Virus record (IMG/VR): IMGVR_UViG_3300044541_000063
Span: 11,819 to 75,818 of that record
DNA: 64,000 bases
Direction: 5' to 3' (one strand)
Source of the DNA: a virus
Taxonomy: Duplodnaviria; Caudoviricetes
The translations under genes were made by a program, and so were the position numbers. This document shows positions 35,515-44,616 of the stretch, piece after piece. The stretch's first letter is position 1, and each line of letters opens with the position of its first letter. The notes beneath the pieces are model-generated. The model was not told the origin of the DNA, did no database searches, and saw only the letters and a program-made list of their open reading frames with translations.

Positions 35515-36191
35515 TGGCTGTCGCGTTTGACGCAGCGTCCAGCTCAAGCTCGCTTGCTCAACCTGCGAGCATAACGTGGTCGCACACGTGCACCGGGGCG
35601 AACGGGTACCTGCTCGCCATCATCGGCCTGACGTCTGGTACGCTCGGCAACGTCACGGCTTGCACCTACAACGGCGTCTCCATGGGCACGGCCCTGTGGA
35701 ACGCCACCGTCGGCGGGATTCGCTGCGTCGCGTTTGGCCTGAAGGCTCCCGCGACCGGCGCGCACAACATCGTGGCGACCATCACGTCAGCCAACGACGG
35801 CGTGAGCGCCATGGGCGTCTCATTCACCGGCGTCGACCAGACCACTCCGACCGGCACTGCCAACACCGCGACGAACGGTTCGGCGTCTACGGCGACAGTC
35901 AACATCACGTCGGCGGCCGGCGAGCTGGTGGTCGACGGGCTCGCGGTCGGCGCCACCGGCACGGTCACGGTCGGCGCCGGGCAGACGCAGCGCAACAGCG
36001 TCGTCGTCGTTGGCGAGCACTCTGGAAAGTCGTCGGAGGAGGCGGGCGCGGCGTCCGTAACGATGTCGTGGTCGTGGGCGACAGGCGCCGTCTCGTACGC
36101 GATGGGCGGTGTCTCGCTCAAGCCGGCCGCAGCTGGCGGTCAGGTTCCCTATCAGCCTCACTATCAGCTCGCTCCACTTCTAGCACACTGA
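35514..36191 (+). CDS. Beta-rich Thr/Ala/Gly virion protein (fibre/decoration-like)
   Basis: Composition and position; ends in QPHYQ..L. Confidence 0.65.
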   Translation: MAVAFDAASSSSSLAQPASITWSHTCTGANGYLLAIIGLTSGTLGNVTACTYNGVSMGTALWNATVGGIRCVAFGLKAPATGAHNIVATITSANDGVSAMGVSFTGVDQTTPTGTANTATNGSASTATVNITSAAGELVVDGLAVGATGTVTVGAGQTQRNSVVVVGEHSGKSSEEAGAASVTMSWSWATGAVSYAMGGVSLKPAAAGGQVPYQPHYQLAPLLAH

Positions 36192-36198
36192 GGACTGC

Positions 36199-36519
36199 AT
36201 GTCGGACACTCTGGACCCTCGCCTGTTCCCGTTCATGCGTCGCCCCAAGGGCGAGCAGACCCACGAGACTGAGGCCTACGTCAGCATTCCTCCTGCTCTC
36301 ATGATACAGGACGGGCAGGGCAACATGTGGACTCTGGGCTTCGACCAGGGCGGCTGGCGCACGGGCGAGTTCGAGTTCGACGTCGTCGTCGCGTCGCCGC
36401 CGGACTTGAAGCCGCGCAAGACCGGCGAGATGGCCTGTCGCATCGAGTATCGGCAAGGCAAGGTTCGCATCTACGGGTCCGATAGGTGGCGAACGTGGAA
36501 CGGACGGACCTTCGTTTGA
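36199..36519 (+). CDS. Hypothetical protein (106 aa)
   Basis: GAGGA RBS. Confidence 0.65.
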   Translation: MSDTLDPRLFPFMRRPKGEQTHETEAYVSIPPALMIQDGQGNMWTLGFDQGGWRTGEFEFDVVVASPPDLKPRKTGEMACRIEYRQGKVRIYGSDRWRTWNGRTFV

Positions 36520-36556
36520 AACTTCATCGCTCTACTGAAAGAAGGAGACTGAAACT

Positions 36557-37054
36557 ATGCGTGAGTTCGCCCTGTCTGCTGGAGGCGCGGCTGGTCTTAC
36601 CGTTCTCGGTGCCACCACGCTCTTGTTTCTCAATCCGACCGCAGCCCCGAACCTGAACATCGAGTTCACTCGGTTCTGGATCGGTCAGGCTGCGAACGCC
36701 ACCTCGGCGCAGCAGCGCGCTCAGCTCGAGACGCAGGTCACCGCGTTTCCGACGCTGGTGTCTGCGACGCCGGCCAAGCTCAAGCGCGCTGATCCCAACG
36801 CGTCCATCATCACGGGCGGCACGGCGGGCGCGGCTGGCACCAGCGGAGTCAACGCGTCTGCAGAGGGTGCCGGCGCCAAGACCGCCATCTTCGACGACGT
36901 GTTCAACGTGCTGAACGGCTGGCTGCACGTGCCGACTCCTCCTGAGACCATCATCATGCCGGCCGGCTCAGCGTCTGGACTCGGTCTGTTTTTTCCGGCT
37001 GCACCGACCACGCTCACTGGATGGGCGTTCGGTACAATATTCCGGGAGGTCTAG
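36557..37054 (+). CDS. Hypothetical beta-sandwich virion protein (165 aa)
   Basis: AAGGAG RBS; structural-protein composition. Confidence 0.65.
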   Translation: MREFALSAGGAAGLTVLGATTLLFLNPTAAPNLNIEFTRFWIGQAANATSAQQRAQLETQVTAFPTLVSATPAKLKRADPNASIITGGTAGAAGTSGVNASAEGAGAKTAIFDDVFNVLNGWLHVPTPPETIIMPAGSASGLGLFFPAAPTTLTGWAFGTIFREV

Positions 37055-37060
37055 GAGTTC

Positions 37061-38734
37061 GTGGCCGGATCAGTCTACCGCGTACCGCCGCCGGTCTTCG
37101 TCGGCGGGCAGCAGCCCTATCAAGCAAGGGACCTGTCGCCCGCCTTCGAGGCGGTGCCTGTAGACGCGCCTCCAGTCAGGAGGGCGCAGCCGCCGTTTCA
37201 CTCGTCGTGGTGGGCCGTCGCGCTGTCGCCTCAGCAGCGCTCGGACTCTGACATGTCGTCCGGGATACCGGGGCAGTCGGTTGACAATCCGCCAGCTGCT
37301 CGCTCGACCATTCCATCGTCGGCGTGGTGGCTGAGCACTCCAGCGCCGACGCAGCTACGAGATCTCTCGCCTGGAATTCCTGGCCAGTCGGTGGACAATC
37401 CACCGGCCGCGCGCTCTGCCGTGCCGCCCTCGGCGTGGTGGCTCACGGTACCAACGCCGACGCAGCTGCGCGACATGGCTCCGGGAATCCCGGGTCAGTC
37501 GGTAGACAATCCGCCCGGCCTGCAGGCGCGCACTCCTGCTCCGCAGCCGGTTCCGTTCTTCGACGTTCAGCGCCGCTATCTCGTGCAGGAGTTCGTCGCC
37601 GCTGCGGCGGACAGCACGCCCTTCGCGCGGGTCGTTGACAGTGTAATTCGCTCGTGGCAGCGCGAGCAGCCGCTTCCGACACTGCCGAGACTGCTGAGTC
37701 CCTCCATCACCGCGGTGCCGGAGGACTCGCCGATTCCGATGCACGCCGGTCGCACGCCGCTGCAGGTGCAGCTCACGGCGTGGTTCGCGGGCGTGCTGCC
37801 GTACCGACCGGCTCAGTTCGTCACGCACACTGCGGCACCTCCTGGATGGTCGGTCGACGACCCTCCACGCTTCAGGGCGTTCGTCGTTCCGCCGCAGCCG
37901 CCGACTCCGCTTCAGGTGCAGTACCCGAAGCTGGTTCAGGAGAGCGTGGCTGCAGCTGCGGCCGATCAGTCGTACGCGCGCGAGACTCTGGCGCTGCGGT
38001 GGTGGGTGGTCCAGGCGGCTCCCCCGGTGCTGCCGCGCCTGCTCTCGCCCGGCGTGCCGGGGCAGTCCGCAGACGCGCCGCCTCCTGCGCGACTGCAGCA
38101 GCCGGCGGCCGTGCACTACGCCGCTCAGCCGCTCGCGCCAGTGCGGCAGCAGCTGTCGCCCGGCATACCGGGCCAGTCGGTGGACCCGCCGCCGTCCATA
38201 GTCTCGCGCATGCCCGCGCGCGCGTGGTACGACGGTCTGTATCCCGGCGCGCAGCGCCAGCCGGGGGCTGCGGCGCTTGCTCAGCAGGCGCAGGTGGACT
38301 TTGCGCCCGTGTCGCTGCGAGGTGCGGGCTGGAGCGTCGCTCACTGGTTCGCGCCGTACGTGGCGCCGCAGCGGCATCGGCCGCTGTTTCCTGCGGCTCT
38401 CGCGGTGCGGGTCGACGATCCGCCCTTCGACGCTCGGCGTCTGGGGCGGCTGGCCAGCATCATCGCGCGGGCGCAGATACCGACGCCCGACAGGGTCTAT
38501 CTGCGCTACGAGGTGCAGGAGGGACCGGCGTTTACTCTGCTGACGCTGGTCTGCGGCAGCATCACGATCAGCGCCTCGACGAACGCACTCTTGTCGACCG
38601 CGCCAGCCGTGCTGGCTGCTACGTCTACGACACCAGTCGCTTCTGCCGCTCCCTCGTCCGCGCCGGCAACTTCGGCGGAGACGTCGACCGAGCCGGCAGT
38701 GGGCGGCGAGCCAGGAATAGAGATCTGCGAGTGA
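37061..38734 (+). CDS. Pro-rich repetitive protein (PGIPGQSVDNPP repeats)
   Basis: AGGAG RBS before GTG; tandem ~37-aa units plus degenerate copies. Confidence 0.7.
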   Translation: MAGSVYRVPPPVFVGGQQPYQARDLSPAFEAVPVDAPPVRRAQPPFHSSWWAVALSPQQRSDSDMSSGIPGQSVDNPPAARSTIPSSAWWLSTPAPTQLRDLSPGIPGQSVDNPPAARSAVPPSAWWLTVPTPTQLRDMAPGIPGQSVDNPPGLQARTPAPQPVPFFDVQRRYLVQEFVAAAADSTPFARVVDSVIRSWQREQPLPTLPRLLSPSITAVPEDSPIPMHAGRTPLQVQLTAWFAGVLPYRPAQFVTHTAAPPGWSVDDPPRFRAFVVPPQPPTPLQVQYPKLVQESVAAAAADQSYARETLALRWWVVQAAPPVLPRLLSPGVPGQSADAPPPARLQQPAAVHYAAQPLAPVRQQLSPGIPGQSVDPPPSIVSRMPARAWYDGLYPGAQRQPGAAALAQQAQVDFAPVSLRGAGWSVAHWFAPYVAPQRHRPLFPAALAVRVDDPPFDARRLGRLASIIARAQIPTPDRVYLRYEVQEGPAFTLLTLVCGSITISASTNALLSTAPAVLAATSTTPVASAAPSSAPATSAETSTEPAVGGEPGIEICE

Positions 38735-38743
38735 GGAGACTAG

Positions 38744-39052
38744 ATGCCCGTGTATCTCAGCAACACGAATCTGCTGCAGCTCAAGGACCTGAGCAAGGAG
38801 ACCGACGGGTCGGCGATCGTCGGTGCCGCAGTGGCGGTGACCGTCAACACGAAGGCCGGCGCGCAGCTGGCGGGAGCGGCGTGGCCGCAGAACATGATAG
38901 ACATCGGTGGCGGCGACTACGAACTGTCGCTGCCTCCCGCTCTCGCGTGGGTCGAGGGCGGCGAGTACGTCGCGGTGATAGACGCGACGACGCCGGCCGG
39001 CATGGGGCACTGGGAGTATCACTTCAAGGCGCAGAGGCGAACCACCTCGTAG
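38744..39052 (+). CDS. Ig-like/BppU-N-like virion protein (102 aa)
   Basis: GAGGAG RBS; alternating beta-strand pattern. Confidence 0.6.
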   Translation: MPVYLSNTNLLQLKDLSKETDGSAIVGAAVAVTVNTKAGAQLAGAAWPQNMIDIGGGDYELSLPPALAWVEGGEYVAVIDATTPAGMGHWEYHFKAQRRTTS

Positions 39053-39066
39053 CGAAGGAGAGAGCA

Positions 39067-39288
39067 ATGGGAATGATCGAGAGAGTCATACGCGCGCTGC
39101 TGTATCTGTGCTGCATCGCGATCTGCTACTACCTGATCGTGTGGGTGCTGGGCGTGCTCGGAATTCACATTCCTCCGAACATTCTCACTATTCTCATGGT
39201 GATGTTCGCGCTCATCGCCATTCTGGTTCTGGTGCGACTCTTCTACCCGTGGGCCTCTAGTCAGAACTGGTGGGGCGACAGGCCGTGA
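39067..39288 (+). CDS. Two-helix membrane protein (73 aa)
   Basis: AAGGAG RBS; two long hydrophobic segments. Confidence 0.7.
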   Translation: MGMIERVIRALLYLCCIAICYYLIVWVLGVLGIHIPPNILTILMVMFALIAILVLVRLFYPWASSQNWWGDRP

Positions 39289-39752
39289 GCGAGCCGACCG
39301 CGTTCGCGCAGCACTCGACGCGTGATCTGAAGAACATGCTTCTCGGCGAGGTGTCGAACTTCGGCGAGAAGCCCGACGACGAGCTGCAGCGCGCGCTCGG
39401 TGTCGCCTACAAGATCGTCGGCGCGCGCGGGCGCGGTATCGAAGACCTAAGCCTCCTGCTGGCGCGCGCGGTGGTGCGCCTCAGCAGCGGCAAGGTGGAG
39501 GAGGTCGAGCAGGAGCGCCAGCGCGACGCCCTCCGCGTCGAGGGCGCGGTGCACGCCACCGCGCGCGAGGCTCAGCTGGCCGAGGCGCGCGAGAAGATCA
39601 GGACGATGATGCGCCAGCACGCGCACGTGTCGTCGGAGAGGGAGCAGGTCATCGAGCTGATGCTGGCCATGCTCTCTAACAAAGACCATCGCATCAGCGA
39701 TCACCCCGAGTGGATCTTGGAGCTCGGGAGACTGTCGGGAGCCACAGAATGA
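39285..39752 (+). CDS. Helical hypothetical protein
   Basis: Coupled ORF; coiled-coil character. Confidence 0.6.
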   Translation: MSEPTAFAQHSTRDLKNMLLGEVSNFGEKPDDELQRALGVAYKIVGARGRGIEDLSLLLARAVVRLSSGKVEEVEQERQRDALRVEGAVHATAREAQLAEAREKIRTMMRQHAHVSSEREQVIELMLAMLSNKDHRISDHPEWILELGRLSGATE

Positions 39753-40150
39753 ACAGGCGCAACTTTCTGCTCAAGGGAATGGCGGCGCTGGCACTGCCGG
39801 CAATTGCCGAGCCGTTTCAGCCGTTGCTGCTAGACGGGACCGGAGACTACGCGACAGTAATCTGCGACGACAGGTATCTGTTCGGTGGTGACTGGACCCT
39901 CGACATGTGGATCAGAAGGCCGAGCGAAGAGAACACGGTGGTCTCAGACCTGACTCTTACGTTCGACCTTCCTGCCGGGAAGGTTCTTGACTGGGACAGC
40001 GTGCGCGTAGTCATTCAGAAGCACGAGAAGGAAGTTCCGGTCGACTCGGACTGGCATCACCTGTGTGCGCACGGCGGCCGCTTCTTCGTCGACGGAGTCG
40101 AGGAGCGTCCACTCGTGATAACGGACGAGAGCGTCGCAGAGACGGCGTGA
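39749..40150 (+). CDS. Protein with a Tat-like signal and a miniature LamG-like domain
   Basis: MNRRNFLLKGMAALALPAIA; LDGTGDY, DWTLDMWI, WHHL, FVDGV. Confidence 0.6.
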   Translation: MNRRNFLLKGMAALALPAIAEPFQPLLLDGTGDYATVICDDRYLFGGDWTLDMWIRRPSEENTVVSDLTLTFDLPAGKVLDWDSVRVVIQKHEKEVPVDSDWHHLCAHGGRFFVDGVEERPLVITDESVAETA

Positions 40151-40248
40151 CGGCGGTGAGGTGGCTCGCAGGTCTCCTCAGGCGACTCTTCAGGCGCAAG
40201 CCCTCGTACGAGTGGATGCGCGACGACTATCCGTGGAGGTGACCAGAC

Positions 40249-42051
40249 ATGAATAAGACCAAGCGCGCCAAGGCAGGCGACAACTGGGACGAGAGCGCTC
40301 ACCCGCGCGCGCCGAAGGGCGGCGCCGGGGGAGGGCAGTTCGCAGGAGGCCAGACTGCGGGCGGCATCGACCAGGGCGAGGTCGGCTCCGGCTGGCATCC
40401 AGAGAAGGACAACACCTACGCCGGCCGCAAGCCGGACGAGGCGAAGTTCGGGCGCAGCAACGAAGACTTCAGCCTGACCGACGAGGACGAGCAGTTCGTC
40501 GAGGACCACGGCGAGGCGTTCGTGCCGGTGCTCAACGAGCTGTTCCAGGAGTACGATGCCGCGCCTGCAGACGTCGAGAATTTCATGGAAGAGATGAACC
40601 TCAGCGACAGCACCGACACGGCGGCAGCCGACGTCCTCACGGCGTTTCACAACAGCTACGTCGGCACGTTCGAGGACACCGATGCGGCGGCGGAGAACTT
40701 CATTCACGAGACGTACCCGCGCCTACCGAAGGCGTTCACCGACGCCATCAGCAGAAGCGACCTCAGCGACAGTCTGTTCTACAACAAGGGCTCGCCGTAC
40801 GCTGCTGTCGAGTCTGACAGTGGCGAGTACATGGTCTTCAAGAAGCCGGCGTCGATGGTCTCGCGAACCAAGGACGCGAAGCCGCTGGCGTTCGAGGTCG
40901 ACAGCGTGAACCTGGAGAACACTCTGCAGCTGATCGGAGTCAACGACGACGGCGCCGCGCTGGTGCTCGACGAGGGCGCGAACATCCACCGCACGGCTGA
41001 CGGCTATCTGGCGGCCTTCCCCCGGATAGCCAGAACCGGAATTCAGGTCTATCGCGGCTACGAGATGGGCGCTCCCGACAAGGACAAGGTGCGCATCTAC
41101 AGGCCGGAGAGCGAGGTCTTCGCGCCCGACAGCCTGCGGTCGTACGCGCACAAGCCCGTGACCAACGACCATCCGAAGGAGGCGGTCACCAAGGACAATT
41201 GGCGCAAGTACGCCGTCGGCAACATGGCAGACGAGATCATGCGCGACGGCGGGTTCGTTCGCATTCCTATGATGATCTCTGACGGCGACGCCATCCAGGA
41301 CGTCGAGGACGGCAAGCGTGAACTCTCGCTTGGCTACACGATGGACCTCGACATGACGCCGGGCAAGACGGAGGACGGCGAGTCCTACGACGGGGTCATG
41401 AGAAACATACGAGCCAATCATCTGGCGCTGGTCACCGCCGCCAGAGGTGGAAAGGAACTCAGGGTCGGTGACTCAGGAGAAGGAGCTATCATGAAGAAGA
41501 TCGTAGTTGACGGCAACACCATCGAGGTCGACGACGTTGCGGCCGTCATCGTTCCGAAGCACATCGCGATGCTGGAGAAGAGCACCGCCGACGCAGCCAC
41601 CGCCCTCAAGGTCGCGCAGGACAAGACGGCTGCCGACACGGCTACCATCGCCACCCTGACGGCCGAGAACGCGACCCTGGTGAAGAAGGTCGCCGACGCG
41701 AAGCTCTCGCCGCAGCAGATCGAGCAGCTGGTGCGCGACCGCGCCGTGGTCGTCACTCAGGCGCGCGCCGTGCTGCCGACCGTCGTCACCGACAGCCGCG
41801 AGCTCTGCGACATTCGTCGTCAGGTCGTGGACGCTGCCATGGGTGCCGCGGCCAAGGGCTGGAACGACGAGCAGGTCGCGTCGTCCTTCGCCGTTCTCAC
41901 CAAGGACGTCGACACCAGGGCGAACGAGACTCAGGACAGTCTCAGGACTGCTCTCAGCCAGCCTGGTCCTCGAGTCGACGCGCGCGACGCGGCGTACGGC
42001 GAGTACGAGAACAAGCTGACCAACGCCTGGAAGAAGCCGGTCGCCGCCTAG
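40249..42051 (+). CDS. Head maturation protease/scaffold (DUF2213) with an N-terminal tag and ArdA-like acidic domain
   Basis: IARTGIQVY, VYRP-like RIYRPESEVF, KPVTNDHP, ELSLGY, NHLALV..ARGG; coiled-coil scaffold C-terminus; N-terminal WDESAHPRAPKG..GGQF. Confidence 0.9.
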   Translation: MNKTKRAKAGDNWDESAHPRAPKGGAGGGQFAGGQTAGGIDQGEVGSGWHPEKDNTYAGRKPDEAKFGRSNEDFSLTDEDEQFVEDHGEAFVPVLNELFQEYDAAPADVENFMEEMNLSDSTDTAAADVLTAFHNSYVGTFEDTDAAAENFIHETYPRLPKAFTDAISRSDLSDSLFYNKGSPYAAVESDSGEYMVFKKPASMVSRTKDAKPLAFEVDSVNLENTLQLIGVNDDGAALVLDEGANIHRTADGYLAAFPRIARTGIQVYRGYEMGAPDKDKVRIYRPESEVFAPDSLRSYAHKPVTNDHPKEAVTKDNWRKYAVGNMADEIMRDGGFVRIPMMISDGDAIQDVEDGKRELSLGYTMDLDMTPGKTEDGESYDGVMRNIRANHLALVTAARGGKELRVGDSGEGAIMKKIVVDGNTIEVDDVAAVIVPKHIAMLEKSTADAATALKVAQDKTAADTATIATLTAENATLVKKVADAKLSPQQIEQLVRDRAVVVTQARAVLPTVVTDSRELCDIRRQVVDAAMGAAAKGWNDEQVASSFAVLTKDVDTRANETQDSLRTALSQPGPRVDARDAAYGEYENKLTNAWKKPVAA

Positions 42052-42111
42052 GCGCTCGGCACCAGCACCACTCAACGGGAGTCTTAGGACTCTAGCAACA
42101 GGAGTTATGAT

Positions 42112-42594
42112 ATGGGAGTTCTGCAGACTACCTACGTCGAGCGCATCTCGCAGGCGGTTGCCGGCATGATCGCCGACATGTCGAAGTCGAACGTCGACAC
42201 GCGGTCTGTCGAGACCGTGGCCGGCATCGGCTTCGGCCTCGCGTGCGGCAAGGCCGTGGACGACAAGGGCGTCGTTCTCGGAGCCACGCTCACGACCGAC
42301 TTCGTGGGCATCTCGGTTCGCGACATCACGTTGCCGCCGATCATCGGTGCTACCGTGGACGTCTATCCTCGGTACTCGAGCGCCGGCATCCTCACCGAGG
42401 GCGATATCTGGGTTATCGTGGGCGGCAACGTCGTCGATGGCGGCATCGTCACCTACAACAACGTGACGGGAGTCCTCTCGTCCATCGCACCGGCCGCCGG
42501 TCAGTTTCTGGTGATCGGTGGCCGCTGGATGACCACGGCTCTCAGCGGCGCACTCGCCGTCGTTCGCCTCACCGGTCCACTCGGGGCGGTGTAG
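42112..42594 (+). CDS. Head decoration/cement protein
   Basis: Between protease and major capsid; GIGFG..GISVR..GDIWV pattern. Confidence 0.8.
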   Translation: MGVLQTTYVERISQAVAGMIADMSKSNVDTRSVETVAGIGFGLACGKAVDDKGVVLGATLTTDFVGISVRDITLPPIIGATVDVYPRYSSAGILTEGDIWVIVGGNVVDGGIVTYNNVTGVLSSIAPAAGQFLVIGGRWMTTALSGALAVVRLTGPLGAV

Positions 42595-42636
42595 TCCTAG
42601 TCCTGCTTCACGTACTGTCAAACAGAGGAAGGTTCA

Positions 42637-43590
42637 ATGCGCAATTTCGTACGAGACGCTCAGCAGGCTCTGGGATTTCTCACGTCCCAGGTCAGCTCGA
42701 TCGAGGCTACCGTGGTCAAGGTGCTTTACCCTGACATTCAGTACCCTCAGCTCATTCCGGTCGACACCAGTGCCAACGAGTGGGCCAAGTCGGTTACTTG
42801 GTTCTCGATGGACAAGCTCGGCCGCGCGCAGTGGTTTCAGCACCTCGCGAACGACATGCCGCTGGCAGACGTCCAGCGCACGAAGTTCGAGCAGGGTATC
42901 GAGATGGCCGGCATCGGATATCGCTACGATCTCGAGGAGATCGGGCAGGCCATGATGATTCCCGGGATGAACCTCACGACCGACAAGGCCGAGGCGGCCC
43001 GCCGGGCGGCCGAGGAGTTCATCGACGACATTGCGCTTCGCGGAAGCACGGTGCGCAACTGGACTGGTCTGTTCAACGACGCGAACGTGGTCAACACGAC
43101 TGCTCCAGCTGACGGTGTCGGTGCTCTAACAACCTGGGCATCGAAGGTGACGACGCCAGATCTCATTATCAGAGACATCAACTTGGCCATCACTGGTGTC
43201 TACACTGGGTCTTTGACGGTCGAGATGGCAGACACGGTGCTCCTGCCAGTGGCAGAGCTGGCAAGGATCGCGACTCTACCACGCTCGACTGCGTCTGACA
43301 TGTCAGTCTTGGACTGGGTGACCAAGTACAATGTCTACACTGCGCAGACTGGGATACCCATCATGATGCGCGGTGTGCGAGGTCTAGAAGTCGCAGGACC
43401 TGGTCCCTCGCAGCGTATCATCGCGTACAAGCGGGATCCTCAGATTCTCAAGCTGCATCTGCCGATGCCTCACCGTTTCCTGCCGATCTGGCAGACCGGT
43501 CCCATGACGTTCGACATTCCCGGCATTCTCCGTCTGGGCGGCGTCGAGGTCAGGCGCCCTGGTGGTATTCGGTACATCAGCGGCATCTAG
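42637..43590 (+). CDS. Major capsid protein (DUF2184, HK97 fold)
   Basis: YPDIQYPQLIPVDT, GYRYDLEE, GLFND, LHLPMP..GGVEVRRP. Confidence 0.92.
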   Translation: MRNFVRDAQQALGFLTSQVSSIEATVVKVLYPDIQYPQLIPVDTSANEWAKSVTWFSMDKLGRAQWFQHLANDMPLADVQRTKFEQGIEMAGIGYRYDLEEIGQAMMIPGMNLTTDKAEAARRAAEEFIDDIALRGSTVRNWTGLFNDANVVNTTAPADGVGALTTWASKVTTPDLIIRDINLAITGVYTGSLTVEMADTVLLPVAELARIATLPRSTASDMSVLDWVTKYNVYTAQTGIPIMMRGVRGLEVAGPGPSQRIIAYKRDPQILKLHLPMPHRFLPIWQTGPMTFDIPGILRLGGVEVRRPGGIRYISGI

Positions 43591-43628
43591 TCAGAAGCCC
43601 TGACGCGTTAATAAAGAAAGGACGTGAG

Positions 43629-43935
43629 ATGCTTCACGGAACTACACTAGGACCATGTCACTGCAGCCGGCCCTGGAGTTCCTATTATTCCAGACAAACC
43701 GATGCAGCTGGCAACTATGCACGTCCTGAGTGAGGGCGGGGCAACAATCTCGATAGCTCTCGAGGGCACCATAGACATGGTCAACTGGTTCACTGTCTCT
43801 GGACCGAATCCATTCACAGAGCGCATGTCAACGGGTGCAGGAGGTCCTGTCTGCGTAGCGTATCGAGGAAACATCTTGTCAATGACCGGTGGAACCGATC
43901 CAAAGGTCACTGCTCACATCGCCATCAAGGAGTGA
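43629..43935 (+). pseudogene. Small virion-type gene apparently split by a one-base frameshift near 43650
   Basis: AAGGA RBS and ATG 43629; removing one G at CTAGGAC joins MLHGTTL to DHVTAAGPGVPIIPDKPMQLAT.. and the ORF ending at 43935. Confidence 0.4.
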
Positions 43936-43998
43936 CGACGTTTCAGGGTGAGTAGACACTGAAGTTTAAAACTGAACATCCTCAGGAGAAACAGTCCG

Positions 43999-44616
43999 AT
44001 GACTATCAAGTGCAAGATCCACAATCGGGGACCCAGCCGACAGCTGTTCTTCGATGCTCAAGGTAGAGAGACACTGGTCAACGTCGGAGAGACCGTTGAC
44101 ACTGAACTGAACGAGGGAACGTTCAAGGCACTGAAGACTGCTCACTTCGATGATCAGAATCAAGGCCTCGATCTCGTCTCTGCTGAAGTCGTCGACGACG
44201 ACAAGAAGAGCGACGGAGAGAACGCGACCGAACTCGTCAGCAAGACGAAGACACACGAAGTGGTACTGAATCCGGATCCCAACAAGCCACTGAATCCGGA
44301 TCCCACTAAGCCGCTCAACCCAGACCCGAACGCTCCGCTCGTCAATCCGCAGGCTCCGCCAGTCACCGGTGCGGTCAACGATGGTGCGGGCGGGGGAGCC
44401 GGAGAGGGTGGTGCCATTCCGGCCGGTGACTCCATCGACAAGCTGCTCGCAGAGGCCGACGCCAAGGCCATCACCTTCGCGCAGCTGCGCTCGCGCGCCA
44501 AGGCTCTCCTCGGCAGAGACTTCCCGCTTGGGACCAGCCCGAAGATGGACGAGATCGTCGACCTTCTCCGCGCTGCTCAGAAGAAGCAGAAGGCAGCTGA
44601 GAAGGCGGCCATCTGA
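43999..44616 (+). CDS. Hypothetical head-associated protein with LNPDPxKP repeats
   Basis: CAGGAG RBS; three 24-nt tandem units at ~44266-44337. Confidence 0.7.
   Translation: MTIKCKIHNRGPSRQLFFDAQGRETLVNVGETVDTELNEGTFKALKTAHFDDQNQGLDLVSAEVVDDDKKSDGENATELVSKTKTHEVVLNPDPNKPLNPDPTKPLNPDPNAPLVNPQAPPVTGAVNDGAGGGAGEGGAIPAGDSIDKLLAEADAKAITFAQLRSRAKALLGRDFPLGTSPKMDEIVDLLRAAQKKQKAAEKAAI

Noticed and set aside
44266-44337. Three 24-nt tandem repeats
   Set aside because: In-frame LNPDPxKP linker repeats; no sign of phase variation
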